Source: Dimorphilus gyrociliatus
Lineage: Eukaryota > Animalia > Annelida
Direction of reading: 5' to 3'
Assembly: GCA_904063045.1 (NCBI GenBank)
Contig: CAJFCJ010000038.1
Location: 1-35,863, forward strand
Length of the DNA: 35,863 nucleotides
Part shown: positions 11,606 to 24,071 of the stretch, one piece after another
Position numbering within the stretch: the stretch's first letter is position 1
How the letters are laid out: each line of letters starts with the position of its first letter
Notes under the pieces: model-generated
Told to the model about the DNA's origin: nothing
The model's input: only the letters and a program-made list of their open reading frames with translations
Database searches by the model: none
Made by a program: the position numbers and the translations under genes

Positions 11606-11796
11606 GGGGTTGAGACAAAACGTCCCCTGAAGGTAAATTTTAGGGCTAGGTCTGGAGCTTTTTTAGGGTTGAGAAAATTCAATTTCATTGATTTCAGTCT
11701 ATTGCAAGGCCAAACTGAAGGTTAGGGACAAAAAAGCAGAAATTACTTTACCCACTGATGGGTTAGGGTAAATAGGGAATGTTTTGTCCAGCATCC
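11606..11796. mobile_element. Mutator-type MITE, TTAGGG-rich interior (191 bp)
   Basis: TIRs GGGGTTGAGACAAAACGTCCCCT and (rc) GGATGCTGGACAAAACATTCCCT. Degenerate 9-bp TSD TTTTTAGAT/TTTTTAGGG (7/9). Confidence 0.7.
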
Positions 11797-11864
11797 TTTT
11801 TAGGGTAGTTTTCTAGTTCTTTTTCAACAAATAATACTCAATTTCATTCTCTTTAGAAAACTGA

Positions 11865-11994
11865 TTCATTTATTGAGAATTTTGACAAACTAGTATGAAA
11901 AGATATTTTATTATATTTAAAAAAAATTGACTAGAACAATAAAAATTCATTAAATGAACCAGAAATTCAAACAATTACTATACAACAAAGTACA
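11865..11994. repeat. LTR family B terminal fragment, ending 13 nt from the stop codon of the Cys-rich gene
   Basis: AACCAGAAATTC..ACAATTAC.ATACAACAAAGTACA matches the reverse complement of 5362-5405. Confidence 0.7.
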
Positions 11995-12007
11995 GAAATA
12001 ATTTGCA

Positions 12008-15000
12008 TCATTTATTAACACAATCTCTATTATAGTTACTTAAATGAAAACCAGTTTTACATTCAGAACATATATTACCATGAATGCACATAGAACATTT
12101 ACTTATAGAACAAAAAACACAACTTTCTCCATCATCACTTAAAGAAAAGCCAGCATCACATGATTTACAAACAGTCTTTCTATTGAATAATGCTTTAGTG
12201 CATGTTGCACAATTGGTAAATGCAGCTGATGAACAAGGCATGCATGTTCCATCAATTTGAAGGGAAAATTCATTAGATATACATTTAGTACATGTACTAA
12301 TTTGACTAGTATTGATAACACATGTTTCACAGTTTGATGGACACAGACGACAAGTTCCATCAGGTGACCTACCATATCTTTTCATGCATGTTTTACATTG
12401 ATAATTTCCATTGTGATTGCATTCCTTGCAGTGAGTTGGACATTTTCCACATTCATCATTATTTAAATAATATTGCTGTAAGCATAATGTACAAACCATT
12501 GAAGTCTCTCCTGGAGGAATTTCACAGATTTGACATTTATCCGAATTACATTTGTCACATAATCCTTCTCTCAATCCATATGTTGGCAAACAAGCTGTGC
12601 ATTGGACCATTCCACCAACCAATGAACAAGATTTGCACCCAGTTGGACATTTTCTACAAATATTGTTGTTTGATATATAATATTGGTTTTTACATGAAGG
12701 ACAAGAAAATCTATTTCTGGTGGAATCAAATGAACAACTTGAACATCCAATTGGACAAGTTCTACATTCACCATTTGATAAAGTAAATATTGAAGAATTA
12801 CACTTTATACACACAGTTTTATCACCCAACCTAATAGATTTGTCACATCTGGTTTTCTCTTTATAACATTTTTGATCAGTTGGATCATAAAAATAACCAA
12901 AGTTACATTGTTCATCATCACATTTAGCAATACCATGAGCATTACATATTTTGCAATTCGGATCACATCCTGTAATTATGTAAACACTTACACTTTTAAA
13001 GAAGTAATCTTTAAAACAATACTTACTTTCACACGAAGGTGGATTAGTAGATGTATCCAGTCTGAAACCAATTTTACACATTTCTGGTATAAGTATATTG
13101 AATGTTGCTGTGTCAAATGAACATCTTGCTACTCCATCTCCAATGCAGGGTAGACAGGTTCCCTCAGTTCTATGCCTAATAAAACCTTCTTTACAACCAT
13201 CAGGTATACAACTTTGATTATTAAAACAAAAGGGACAGTTTTGCATACATGCTTGACATATTCCATCATCATCTTTATAATAACCTTGATTGCATTTTAA
13301 ACATTTGAACATACCATTAATTTGTTGTACACAAATTGCACAATTGGCAATAGAACAGGATTGACAACTAAAATTTGCATCATTTAAAGCTCCTGAAGTG
13401 CATCCAAAAGAGAGGCAAAGAGCATTATTTTGATTTTCTGGATCAACTCTACATTCATCACAATTGTATGGACATTTTATACATGTTCCAGCATTATTAA
13501 GTGCATAGCTTTTGGAGCAAACAGTACACCTGTTAACTGTTGTAGGTGTTGAAGATACATCAACTATACATGTTTCACATCCAAGCTGGCATTGGTGACA
13601 TTTTGAAGATGATGTAGAGGAAGCTTGTTCCAGAGCCCAACCAGCAATACATTTTGTACATTCTGAAACAGTTGAGAATTCAGCTGGGCTACTATATTCC
13701 AGACAATTAGCAATGGCTTCATCCTCCAATCGACTCTCACCAACAGAATTGTATATACATTCCGAGTTCCCTTGTAATTGATAATTATTTAAGCATTTAG
13801 AGCATGTACAGATGTCATTAATCAATTGAAAGACNNNNNNNNNNNNNNNNNNNNNNNNNNNNNNNNNNNNNNNNNNNNNNNNNNNNNNNNNNNNNNNNNN
13901 NNNNNNNNNNNNNNNNNNNNNNNNNNNNNNNNNNNNNNNNNNNNNNNNNNNNNNNNNNNNNNNNNNNNNNNNNNNNNNNNNNNNNNNNNNNNNNNNNNNN
14001 NNNNNNNNNNNNNNNNNNNNNNNNNNNNNNNNNNNNNNNNNNNNNNNNNNNNNNNNNNNNNNNNNNNNNNNNNNNNNNNNNNNNNNNNNNNNNNNNNNNN
14101 NNNNNNNNNNNNNNNNNNNNNNNNNNNNNNNNNNNNNNNNNNNNNNNNNNNNNNNNNNNNNNNNNNNNNNNNNNNNNNNNNNNNNNNNNNNNNNNNNNNN
14201 NNNNNNNNNNNNNNNNNNNNNNNNNNNNNNNNNNNNNNNNNNNNNNNNNNNNNNNNNNNNNNNNNNNNNNNNNNNNNNNNNNNNNNNNNNNNNNNNNNNN
14301 NNNNNNNNNNNNNNNNNNNNNNNNNNNNNNNNNNNNNNNNNNNNNNNNNNNNNNNNNNNNNNNNNNNNNNNNNNNNNNNNNNNNNNNNNNNNNNNNNNNN
14401 NNNNNNNNNNNNNNNNNNNNNNNNNNNNNNNNNNNNNNNNNNNNNNNNNNNNNNNNNNNNNNNNNNNNNNNNNNNNNNNNNNNNNNNNNNNNNNNNNNNN
14501 NNNNNNNNNNNNNNNNNNNNNNNNNNNNNNNNNNNNNNNNNNNNNNNNNNNNNNNNNNNNNNNNNNNNNNNNNNNNNNNNNNNNNNNNNNNNNNNNNNNN
14601 NNNNNNNNNNNNNNNNNNNNNNNNNNNNNNNNNNNNNNNNNNNAGCCAGAACATAAAGCAGAATTTGGTGATGATTCTGTTGTTAGAACATATCCTATAC
14701 ATTGTTTCCCTCCATCTCTGTTTTTAGGGACTCTAAGTATTCTTAAATTTGATGATACAACAAAATGTTTCTTGGGTACTTGACAGACTTTCTCATTCAT
14801 TCTGAAATAGGTGAATCCACTTTTACAATCAGGCACATCTTCCTTACATGTACCATCATCCAGTAAATAGGGTGGTATACATTTAGTGCAGATAGTCTCA
14901 TTTTTGTAATCTAGTGCCATTTGTTGGCAATTTGCAATAGTTATTGTTGTACCTGTGGATGTACAAGCAGCTCCAAGCATTCCATTGCTGCCTGGAACAA

Positions 15001-17998
15001 TGTTGTCAACTCTGTAGTAAGTATCACAGCCTAAACATTGGCAATTTGGTGTTGACTTAAAAAAAGCTACATTCCATTTGATATTGCAATTGTCTACATT
15101 TATTGAATCGCAAACAGATGGTGGAGATTGGCAATCTATACCAGTTTTTCCATTTGAACAAGCAATGCAATAAATTATTGATCCTTCAGAAATGCATTCA
15201 CTACAGCCAACTGGACAAGGTAAACAAAGGCCAGAGGAAAAGTATGATCCAACAGCACAGGCTAAGCACTTAACTGGTGAAAGGCTTGACCATCCTGAGC
15301 AAAATTCTCCAATTTCTAGAAAATAAATTTATGACTTAGTTAGTGAATTACTACAATACTTATACAAACTAAGGCAACTTGTGTTGTTTAAAAAAGTTTT
15401 AGTAAAGCCAGTTTTACAGCTATTAATGCTTAAACTGCCTGTATTTACTCCAGAACATTGAAGGGCATTGGGAAACTTTTCTGAGCAGCCTACAATTTAA
15501 ATTAAGTAAATTTTAAAACTTTTTTGTATAAATATATTTTTAAGTAACACCTCACACCTGTACACTTTTGAAAAGGTTTAAATTCAGAAGCAGGTTCTTG
15601 AAATACTGTACCAATATTAAAATCAGTCTGATCTCCAATACATTGATTTCTTTTACATCTACATTTATAATTTGGAGCGGTGCCAAATCTTTCAAAATAT
15701 TTACATTGAGGTCTGGCAATACTACAATCTGTATTTTTTAAATAAAAAAATTTTGACTTGTTTGATTAATTGGCAATATTGAACTAGTACCATAACATCC
15801 TTTTGATACTACTCCATCTACTTCTATGACAACCCACTGACTATTTCCAATGCATGTTCTACATTCAACATCAGTGCCTCCACTATTCAATTGACATTCA
15901 TTACAATTATATCCACAATTTCGGCATAAACCAACATGTGGCCCAGTAGGAATTAGTATTCTTCCAACAGGACAGGGTGGAGGAGGTATTTTCAAAGCCA
16001 TATCATTAGTGCTCCCTAAAACATGTGGCTCAATATATTCATTAACAATATCATAATCAAATGATACATCATCAGAGGAATGAACACTTTCATCAAGAAT
16101 AGTGCTAAAGGATGTATCACTGACAGGGCGATCTTCACAGGTTCCAGTTTTGAAAGAGAACTTTCCAGTTGTAGAATTTGTACATGGTGATCGTATACAT
16201 TTTATTTCATTGGCTATCACCTCACAATAGTCACAATTTTCAATTGAACAAGCCACACAAGATTCAATAATGCTGGATGAATTTCCATAATTGGAAGCAA
16301 ACCCTTCACTACATTGCAGACATGTTAACCCAGCTGTTCTTTTCTTACAGTAATCACAACCAACTGGACATGAAATACAAATACCACTTTCATCATCATA
16401 TGTATATGTTTTTTGACACATAGAAGCATAGCAAATTGGAGTTTTTGCTGTATTCTTTTCAAAGTAGCATTTATCACAATTATTAGGGCAAGCTATAAGT
16501 ATGGTATAGCAGAAATGAAACCATTTAAAATAAAATTAGACCTATGCATATATACCTGCACAAGATCCATCACTCCTTCGTGTCCATGATTTTCCATTCT
16601 CTTTTTCAGTACAAGAATGAACAAAATTTGTTCCAGTACATTCTGTGCGAAAGTTGGCAGAATTCCAAGTGCACTCATTACATTTATCAGGACACTTTGA
16701 ACAAAGATTGTTTGAATTTCTAGTATATTTTGGTTTGCATTTGTCAGCCTTACAAATTAGATTGCCTGAAGAGACTTCACACTCCAAACAGTTATCAGGA
16801 CATTTGTCACATGCTTTCGCAGCAAGAATTGTGTAGTCATCCATACACTTTGAACATTTTACAGCATTGTTAGTTTCCAGACAAGAATGGCAATTTCTTG
16901 GACAGGAGGAGCACGAATCATCTTTTTTATAATAGCCAATGTTACATTTTATGCATTTATTAGCATTATCGTGGGCTTCACATTCTAAGCAGGCAGAGTG
17001 GATGGAGCTGCACTTTACACACTTTTTAGATGTTGTCAGAGCATATGATTTGGAGATGCATTTAGTACAAGAATCTTTATTAGAACACTTAAAGCAGCCA
17101 GTCATTGATGTAGAACATAGATTACAAGTTGTTATATTGTTCTTAGTTATTTTATATGCATTACTGTCACAAGTAGTGCAATTAATTCCTTTACTTTTAT
17201 GGTATATACAGGATTTACAGAATGATCCACAAGCTTAATTTGAAAGAAAAAAAAGTTAAAAAAAAACTAATAAATACAATTGTGAATACTAAAATCACTT
17301 AAGAACTTACCTATACAGTTCTTACTTGTTACAGTATATCCTGCTTTGCAGACTTCACATTGAACTCTAAAAGAATTTGTAAGCCAACTGCATTTTTCAC
17401 AGTTGTGAGGGCAGGGAAGACAATCATTTGAGTTTCTTCTTAGAGCAAAATTTGCTGCACAATCTTGACATTTGTCAATAGAATCACACTTTTTACAGCC
17501 AGGTAAACATTCTAAAAGTGATAAAAGTGATTAGAAGTAAATTTAAATCAGGTTAAATAATTCTTTTAAAAAAAATTTACTATAGCATTTTCCTTGTTTC
17601 ATAAAGTAATTGTTGATGCACTTTTCACAAAGAGTTGCATCATCTGGATTACTTGTATCAGATTTTAATTTACAGAATCCAAGTACACAAAAATCTGGAC
17701 AATCTGAAATCAGTTTAATTGTATAATGTTTCTAAAAATGGAGAAAAAAGCTAACTATAACAGCTTAATCTGCCAAGTGAATGAATTGTTCCACTTTGAC
17801 AAACTCCACAAGATTGTACCCTGTTAGTTGTTCGCCCTGGTTTACAATTTGAAATTGCATTCTTTGATAAAGCAGCTGAGTTATTATCTAAAAGAAAACA
17901 ATATCTAGTTGAAATGAGAAAATGAAGGTTAATGTTTAATTTTCTATGGAATTACTTGCAAAACACAATGTTATAAGAAGAAATATTTGGTTATCCAT
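12008..17998 (-). CDS. Large, probably secreted furin-like (CxxC / growth-factor-receptor Cys-rich) repeat protein, ~1,550-1,800 aa
   Basis: Exons 17998-17956 (MDNQIFLLITLCFA, signal-peptide-like), 17887-17756, 17703-17581, 17511-17311, 17233-16556, 16492-15791, 15728-15558, 15489-15370, 15315-[gap]-13027, 12969-12008. GT-AG introns of 52-77 bp, all phase 1. The 13026-12970 intron is in frame and is read through in the ORF track. No stops in the spliced frame. Repeat C-x2-C-x3-C-x2-C-x(6-12)-C-x2-C-x3-[FY]. No TM or catalytic domain seen. Confidence 0.9.
13835..14643. other. Assembly gap (809 N) inside the Cys-rich gene
   Basis: Run of N; possibly collapsed repeats. Confidence 0.99.
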
Positions 17999-19960
17999 TA
18001 GGACAGGTAAGTTATTTCTCTTTTCACTGGACACAATCTAAGTTGTTTTAACAAAAATCAGGGAATATATACTCAGAAAACAAATTAGCATATTGTTTTG
18101 AATGGAATTACTTCAATTATTCCAAGAATTCTATTTATCGGCTAAGCTGGAAACTATTAACATTTAAAAAAGAACGCCAACAAACAGTAAAGATATAGGC
18201 CTATAATCCTGTAAATGTTCTTTTGCTCAAGAGATATTCACTATTTTTTACTATTCTTTTTATTCATTTTTTCCCTTTTATCAAAAGAAAAAAAAATTTT
18301 ATCAAGTGTGTCGACAAAATGTTTTAATAATCTTAAAATATGTACATTGTCACACAAAAAGTCATTGAACTCTAGGCATTTTTATTGATGTTATTGATCT
18401 TGTACAAGATGGACGAATATCGTATTACTAATTCAACGATTGTATAACTAAGAGACTTTGCAAATCTTTTTATTGTCTAAAGTAATACTAAAAAAATATT
18501 TTTTTATCCTATCCTACAAATAATTTTGTTTTGTTTTTGTAAACAAGTCTAGTAACAAAGTGTATTCTTTCTTTGAATAATATTTTATCATTTGACCAGG
18601 CAATAACCCAACATCAATTATATTGATCAGAGGCTCTGAAAACCAGATCAATGATTTATAGTAGTCGGTAATGGTGGGCAAAAAGATTTCATTACCTTGT
18701 CCTTTGTGACTCCAGGCTTTTTTTGAGCCACAATCTATGTAAGTTGATATTAAATTGCAATTTATGAGTAAGCATATGAAACCGAACCCTGGTTTAACCT
18801 GTACCCAGCTTAACTGTACCCACTAGAGGGTTAAACCTAGCTCAGGTTAAAACATACCTGGGTTAAATTGTATAAAAAAGGTCTAATAAATTGTTTAGTT
18901 TAGTGCTCTACAAACTGTTTAGATAATCATAAGTCATAGAACTTTTAAACTACAAATCATTAAACTTTATGCTGTTTTACTAGTGTCTTTAATCTAGTAC
19001 AAGTTAAATGAGAATCTTATTGATAATTCAAAGAATGTGTACCTAATATACAACTGTAAATCTTTTTTTTGTCTAAAACAATATTGATGATATAGGTACT
19101 TTTAAGTATATTAAGAGTGGTAGACTCAAACTGTCAAGTGATCAATTAATTATAGCCATCCAATACTTATTCTTTGATTTGCCAAAAGTACTTTTTAAAA
19201 ATAAATTTAGAATTTCAGTTTTAATATTCAGGATTTATATCTAGAATCTCTCTTAATGATGATTTCTCTCAGTTTTTATGTTTGTTTGAGATCTTGATGT
19301 TTTATTTTTACATATATTTTGCTTGGGGTAAGATTTTAGTTTGGAAATGGGCCACGGCAAATACTCAAACAATTAATTTGTAACGAGGTAAGTTCGAACT
19401 TAGGCTTAGGTATAAAGAAATATTTGAAACTGTGCATACTCCATGAGAATTGGCTATTTAGTAAATAGCAAATGTGACCTTGACCTTACATTTCAAAACA
19501 ATTTATCAATTTACAATATCTTGATTTCAAATTTAGCTTAATATTCTATAGTAATACTAGACCTGTTCACTAAGGGAGTTGATTCAGGACTGAATGACCA
19601 TAGAGCCATCTGGAAATGTTCTGTTAAAAATAAGAGTGTTCAATGTCGAGTTTGTTTTAAAGTTTTGGAAGATGACTTCAATCCTTCACCTATGGTTTTT
19701 AGCAAAACTGCAAGTCGAATGCAATTTTTTAATATCAATAAATAATATCTTTATAGGATGTGAAAATCTAGAAAAAAAATATATTATAAAAGTCAATAAA
19801 AACATTTTTTCATTAAAATTAGAATTGTATTTATTGTTATTAAAATTCAGTAATTTTTAACTTTTGTATAGAATTTTTACACAATTATGATTAAATCATT
19901 GTCTATTTGTTTAAAAACTAAAGAAATTTCTGTGTTTGTTCAAATTCAAATGTTCAATTT

Positions 19961-20205
19961 TGTGCACTTAGATATAATGATATATTAATACTTAGACTTA
20001 AAATATACCTGAACATTAGAAAGATTTCTATTTTGTAGGAATTGTAATGGTGGAATTATAGAAAGATTTTTATTCAGAGAGTTAGCTTTTAGTACTTTAG
20101 AAAGAACTCTATTTCGTAACAAATAGACTTTTTGACTGTAACAGATGTTGGCTACTTGGGAATTAACAAAGGAACAAAGAACATGGAAAAAATGCAGGTC
20201 AAACA
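19961..20205 (+). repeat. Repeat family C, copy 2
   Basis: Same TGTGCACTTAGATATAATGATATA start and core as 10211. Confidence 0.75.
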
Positions 20206-20214
20206 CCAGACGCT

Positions 20215-21283
20215 GATGAGGCACCTTCATTTAATTTACACCAACCAACATGAATTTTTTCCAAAGCATTTGAAGATGATTCCAATATTTATTTATTTGC
20301 TCCATATAGAATCTCCTAAATTATTTCCAAAAAAAAGAGTATTCTAAGATTTGTTTGTTGGCCTATTGCATCGCCTAAAATATTTCCAATTTGTGAACTG
20401 AATCCACAATTAGTCAGTTCCAAAAATGTGATGTATTGACAATATTTGTTTATGTTATAGAATGAATGTCTATCAACAAAATTACCAAGATTATTGTTGA
20501 GTATGGATAATTCATTGAGATATTTTTGTTGACCAATTGCATTAGCTTAAATATTTCCAATATTTGAGTTATTTCCACAATTTTCAATATCTATCAATTG
20601 ATTAAGATATTTCTTTGTGCCAATTCAAACTTGATATATTTGGGCAATTGTTCACCAAGTGTGATAAAATATATTTCTAACTTTCATCACCAAATTCATT
20701 AACCATAAATACAAAATTTTGAGTTTATCTTGTTGGTTAATAATTATATCAGAAATGATACCTGCTTCCTCTGAAGTAAATCAACATTTTCCAAAACATA
20801 CGCTACTAAAATGTCAACATTCACAAGCATTCCTTTTGAGATATAAAACTCATAGAGATTTATAAAAATAACTAATTCTAAAAAGTTCTGTCTACACAAT
20901 AAACTATTAAAATATTGGCAGTTATTGAAGAAAATCTACGATCTCTTACATTAAGCCTTGATTGTTTCTTACAATTTTGTTTTATCTTCTTCAATAAATT
21001 CTGAATGAATGGATCACCAAATTAACTTTCAGAGATTGCCAACTTTTGATGTAAATCCACAATTTGACAAATTTAGTACCAAAATATTCTGACAGTTTTC
21101 TTTAATATTTTCAAATAAACAAATTTCTACACCATTTTCCAAGCAACTATCCTTTAAACATAGCTCTTGTAGTTGATGTTGTTTACCAGTAGTTTGTCTA
21201 AAAATACTGCCAATTTGACAAGTAAATCCACAATTAGCAAAGTTAAGTACAACAACATTCATACAATTCATAGTTTTACATTT
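20215..21283 (-). pseudogene. RI-like / NLR-like LRR gene relic
   Basis: VVVLNFANCGF, LQELCLKDSCL, ILVLNLSNCGF, KLKILYLWFNEFGDE; many stops and frameshifts. The first ~23 aa of ORF 21029-21352 derive from LTR-B. Confidence 0.6.
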
Positions 21284-21590
21284 TGCTCTTTGTTGTATTG
21301 TAATTGTAGGAATTTCTGCTTCTTCTGAACAGTATTCGTCATTTCCAATCATTTATCAACTCACCAGAGTACTTACACTAATAGAAACTTTCAAGTTTGT
21401 CCACAAGTAGTCTTAATAAATGTAATTTTGGTGGAAATTGTTCAATGTAATGCCAGTATTTCATTTAAAGAATATATATTGAGTAAATAAGTTTCTAGTT
21501 CTAAATAAGCAAGTTTAAACAACCAGTTAACCATTAAAGAACTGAACTGCCAAACTGAGGAAATGTATTTCCTTTTATACATTTATGAAA
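21284..21590. repeat. LTR family B fragment
   Basis: Colinear with ~5362-5670. Confidence 0.75.
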
Positions 21591-21628
21591 GCTTGGGTTT
21601 ATTTGATCAAAGGATTATGAAGTTGAAA

Positions 21629-21905
21629 TGTGACAGTCTCATAATGCACATAAAACAAAAATATGAAAAACTATTACATGACTTATGGCTAGCATGTGTC
21701 ACTGCAAAAAGAAGCTTGCCTCTTCAGCATCTCTTTTTGAATAAGATGTAACAAGTTTGACATGCATTTTTTCTATATTGTTTGTCCCTTTGTTAATTCC
21801 ATAGTGGTACCATCTTAACAGATGGTCAAAGAATCTATTTCCTATGAAATAAAGGTCTTAAAGATCTGGAATCTAATTCTACTAAATAAAAGTCTTTCTC
21901 AAGCT
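21629..21905 (-). repeat. Repeat family C, copy 3
   Basis: TGTGACAGTCTCATAAT end shared with 23683; reverse-complement core shared with 10211 and 19961. Confidence 0.72.
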
Positions 21906-22934
21906 CCAAGGTATAAAAGAGTGTGTATATGTCAGAATGGTGTGAGAAAACAATGAACATTTCAAATATAATTTAGACGGAATCATCCATAATTCTGTGA
22001 TACAAGTGAAAAATAGATCTTGTAAATTCTATATCAAGAGAGTTGAGTTAGAGTATTTAATCTCTAATATTTTGTTATACATTTGACAAAAATGTCAACA
22101 ATTGAACTAAAAGTAGAGGATAACAAAATATGTTTGAAAGTGTGGTGTAATTGAGTAAATAATTACAAAACAGTTTCTTCTTAATTAATCTCTTGTGATT
22201 TGAAGGAAGTAACTAATTTTGGAGAAAATGTTTGTTATCTGTGATATTCAAATTTTTCTCTGATTGATCTAAATTTTAATAGTTTTATATCATTATCTTT
22301 GGCTGTTTATAAGACCATTAACTTTTCACAAAATATGGACATTTCACAGAGCATTTATCCTTTTTTTCCTTATATGGTTTATTAGTTTAATCATTTGGAT
22401 ATATCTATATTTTTGATCATTTAGTACTGTAATACCAAAGTTTACTATTACATTTTAAAATTCTTAGAGCAATAACCATTTTTACATTCGATATGTCAAT
22501 GACAATGCTGTTGCTAAGCATTCATTTAAAATAGTATTGAGTTAAGTCTATGGCTTTCTAAAACCTCATTTTATAAGAACTGAATTGAAAATCTATATTG
22601 ATTATCATGATATTTAGAATATTCTATCTTCTTCTTCTCAACCTTTCTCCAATATCTTCTGAAAGGAGTGTTTTAACAATAAATAATGTATTGTGCGCAC
22701 TTGTGATGAAATCTACAAAAATAGATACAAGGATATTTTCACTTGTTCTTTTTACTTGTGTAGGTAAATTATAAATTTTTTGTTTTAAGATTTGCTATTA
22801 ATAACTATCATTGAAATCAGAGAAATCTCTGTGAATTCATCACCAAAATCATTGACATATGGAATAATCTATAAGAGTTATTATTTCCAATCATTTTTCT
22901 CAATTGACTTTGTTCTTGTTTTGTTGAACAGCAA

Positions 22935-23680
22935 GGATGTCATGGAAAACGTCCACAAATTTATGGAAAACGTCCACAACCACTACAAATATCTTTAAAA
23001 GAGAAAAAGTGTAATTCTTAGGTAAATGTATATTATAAATGAATATTTAAATAAAGTTATTGATAAATTTTTATGTACACCAGAACTTATCAAACTTATG
23101 AAAATGTATTTAGCAACTAATTGTAAAATGTTACATTACAAGAAAAGTAAAGTAAACAGTGCTAGAAACTAACATTTTAAACTTCAAAAATCACACATTA
23201 TGGATGATAAATTGAACAACAAAGTTGCAGTAGTTGAGAAACATTCATTTCAGATCTTTCAAAACTTTCCCAAGCTTCAAAGATTTTTTTTTGTAGATGC
23301 TTATAAGTTTTTCTCTGATTTCTGCAGATTTTCTTTTCAGATAGAAGCTTTTCAAATACATTGATTAGATCTGCTTCATGTTTCAACTTTTGAACAATTG
23401 TGTAGAATGATGTTCTATTCCCAAAAGATGAGTTAAATTTTTGATGGAAGCCTTCCAGATCATTGTTTGTGCGAATTGCTCTTTTGAAACATGACCAAGC
23501 TGATGGAGGCCAAATTGTACTATCAATCCATGTATTTTGAATGTAAGAAATCAGTTGAGATAACTCATTACATTCTTGCAGATAATCTTTTATACTTTCA
23601 AATTGATGTTTGATGTGATCTGATGGTAGAAATGGTAGAGAGAGGAGTAGTCTCATTGCAAACCACTCTCCTGTGCGATT
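22935..23680 (-). mobile_element. Second MULE copy: transposase C-terminus plus 3' TIR
   Basis: ORF 23198-23656 (LSLPFLP..IQNTWI..IWPPSAWS..RTNNDLEGFH) is homologous to 4525-5032. TIR GGATGTCATGGAAAACGTCCAC at 22935 with a second GAAAACGTCCAC repeat. 5' part replaced by repeat C. Confidence 0.85.
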
Positions 23681-23682
23681 TT

Positions 23683-24035
23683 TGTGACAGTCTCATAATT
23701 TGCATGTAACAAATATATGAAAAACCATTATATAACACATATAGAATATAATCTTCAGATTAAGGCCAAATGGCCAACATGCATCTTTGACATGCATCTT
23801 TTCTATGTTCTTTGTTCCTTTGTTAATTCCATAGTGGCTTCATCTAATATTGGAAAAGAGTCTATTTCCTACAAAATAGTATTCTTTCTAAAGTTCTAAA
23901 ATCTAATTCTAGATTCTACAAAATAAAAGTTTTTCTAATGTTCCATTATTCTAATTGCTACAAAATAGAAGTTATTCTAAAGTTCCTTTATATCTAATGT
24001 CCAAATAGCAACATGTTCTTATATCTAAGTTTACA
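23683..24035 (-). repeat. Repeat family C, copy 4 (353 bp, TGT...ACA termini)
   Basis: Minus strand starts TGTAAACTTAGATAT and ends GACTGTCACA; no TSD seen. Confidence 0.72.
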
Positions 24036-24071
24036 ACAATGTAAATCTACTGAGGCAAGAAATCTAACCAA

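Noticed and set aside
13818-14702. ORFs 13818-14702 and 13826-14656
   Set aside because: Artefacts of translating through the N gap.
12139-17238. Overlapping antisense and alternative-frame ORFs (12139, 12322, 12571, 12872, 16493, 16645, 16939)
   Set aside because: Shadow frames of the Cys-rich exons with no independent domain or splice support.
12008-17998. Genome-wide alternative genetic code (TGA=Cys or TAR=Gln)
   Set aside because: The intact gene reads with the standard code and no internal stops; TGA at Cys positions occurs only in the frameshifted paralog.
18780-18895. Harbinger-like MITE (TTAACC/GGTTAA repeats)
   Set aside because: Only one possible end, with no partner TIR or TSD.
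21284-21352. Recurring peptide EIPTITIQQ as a conserved protein domain
   Set aside because: It is a chance translation of the LTR-B terminus; copies have stops and differing frames.
22000-22720. Non-LTR reverse transcriptase relic
   Set aside because: Only a faint F*KAID-like motif among many stops; too degraded to support.
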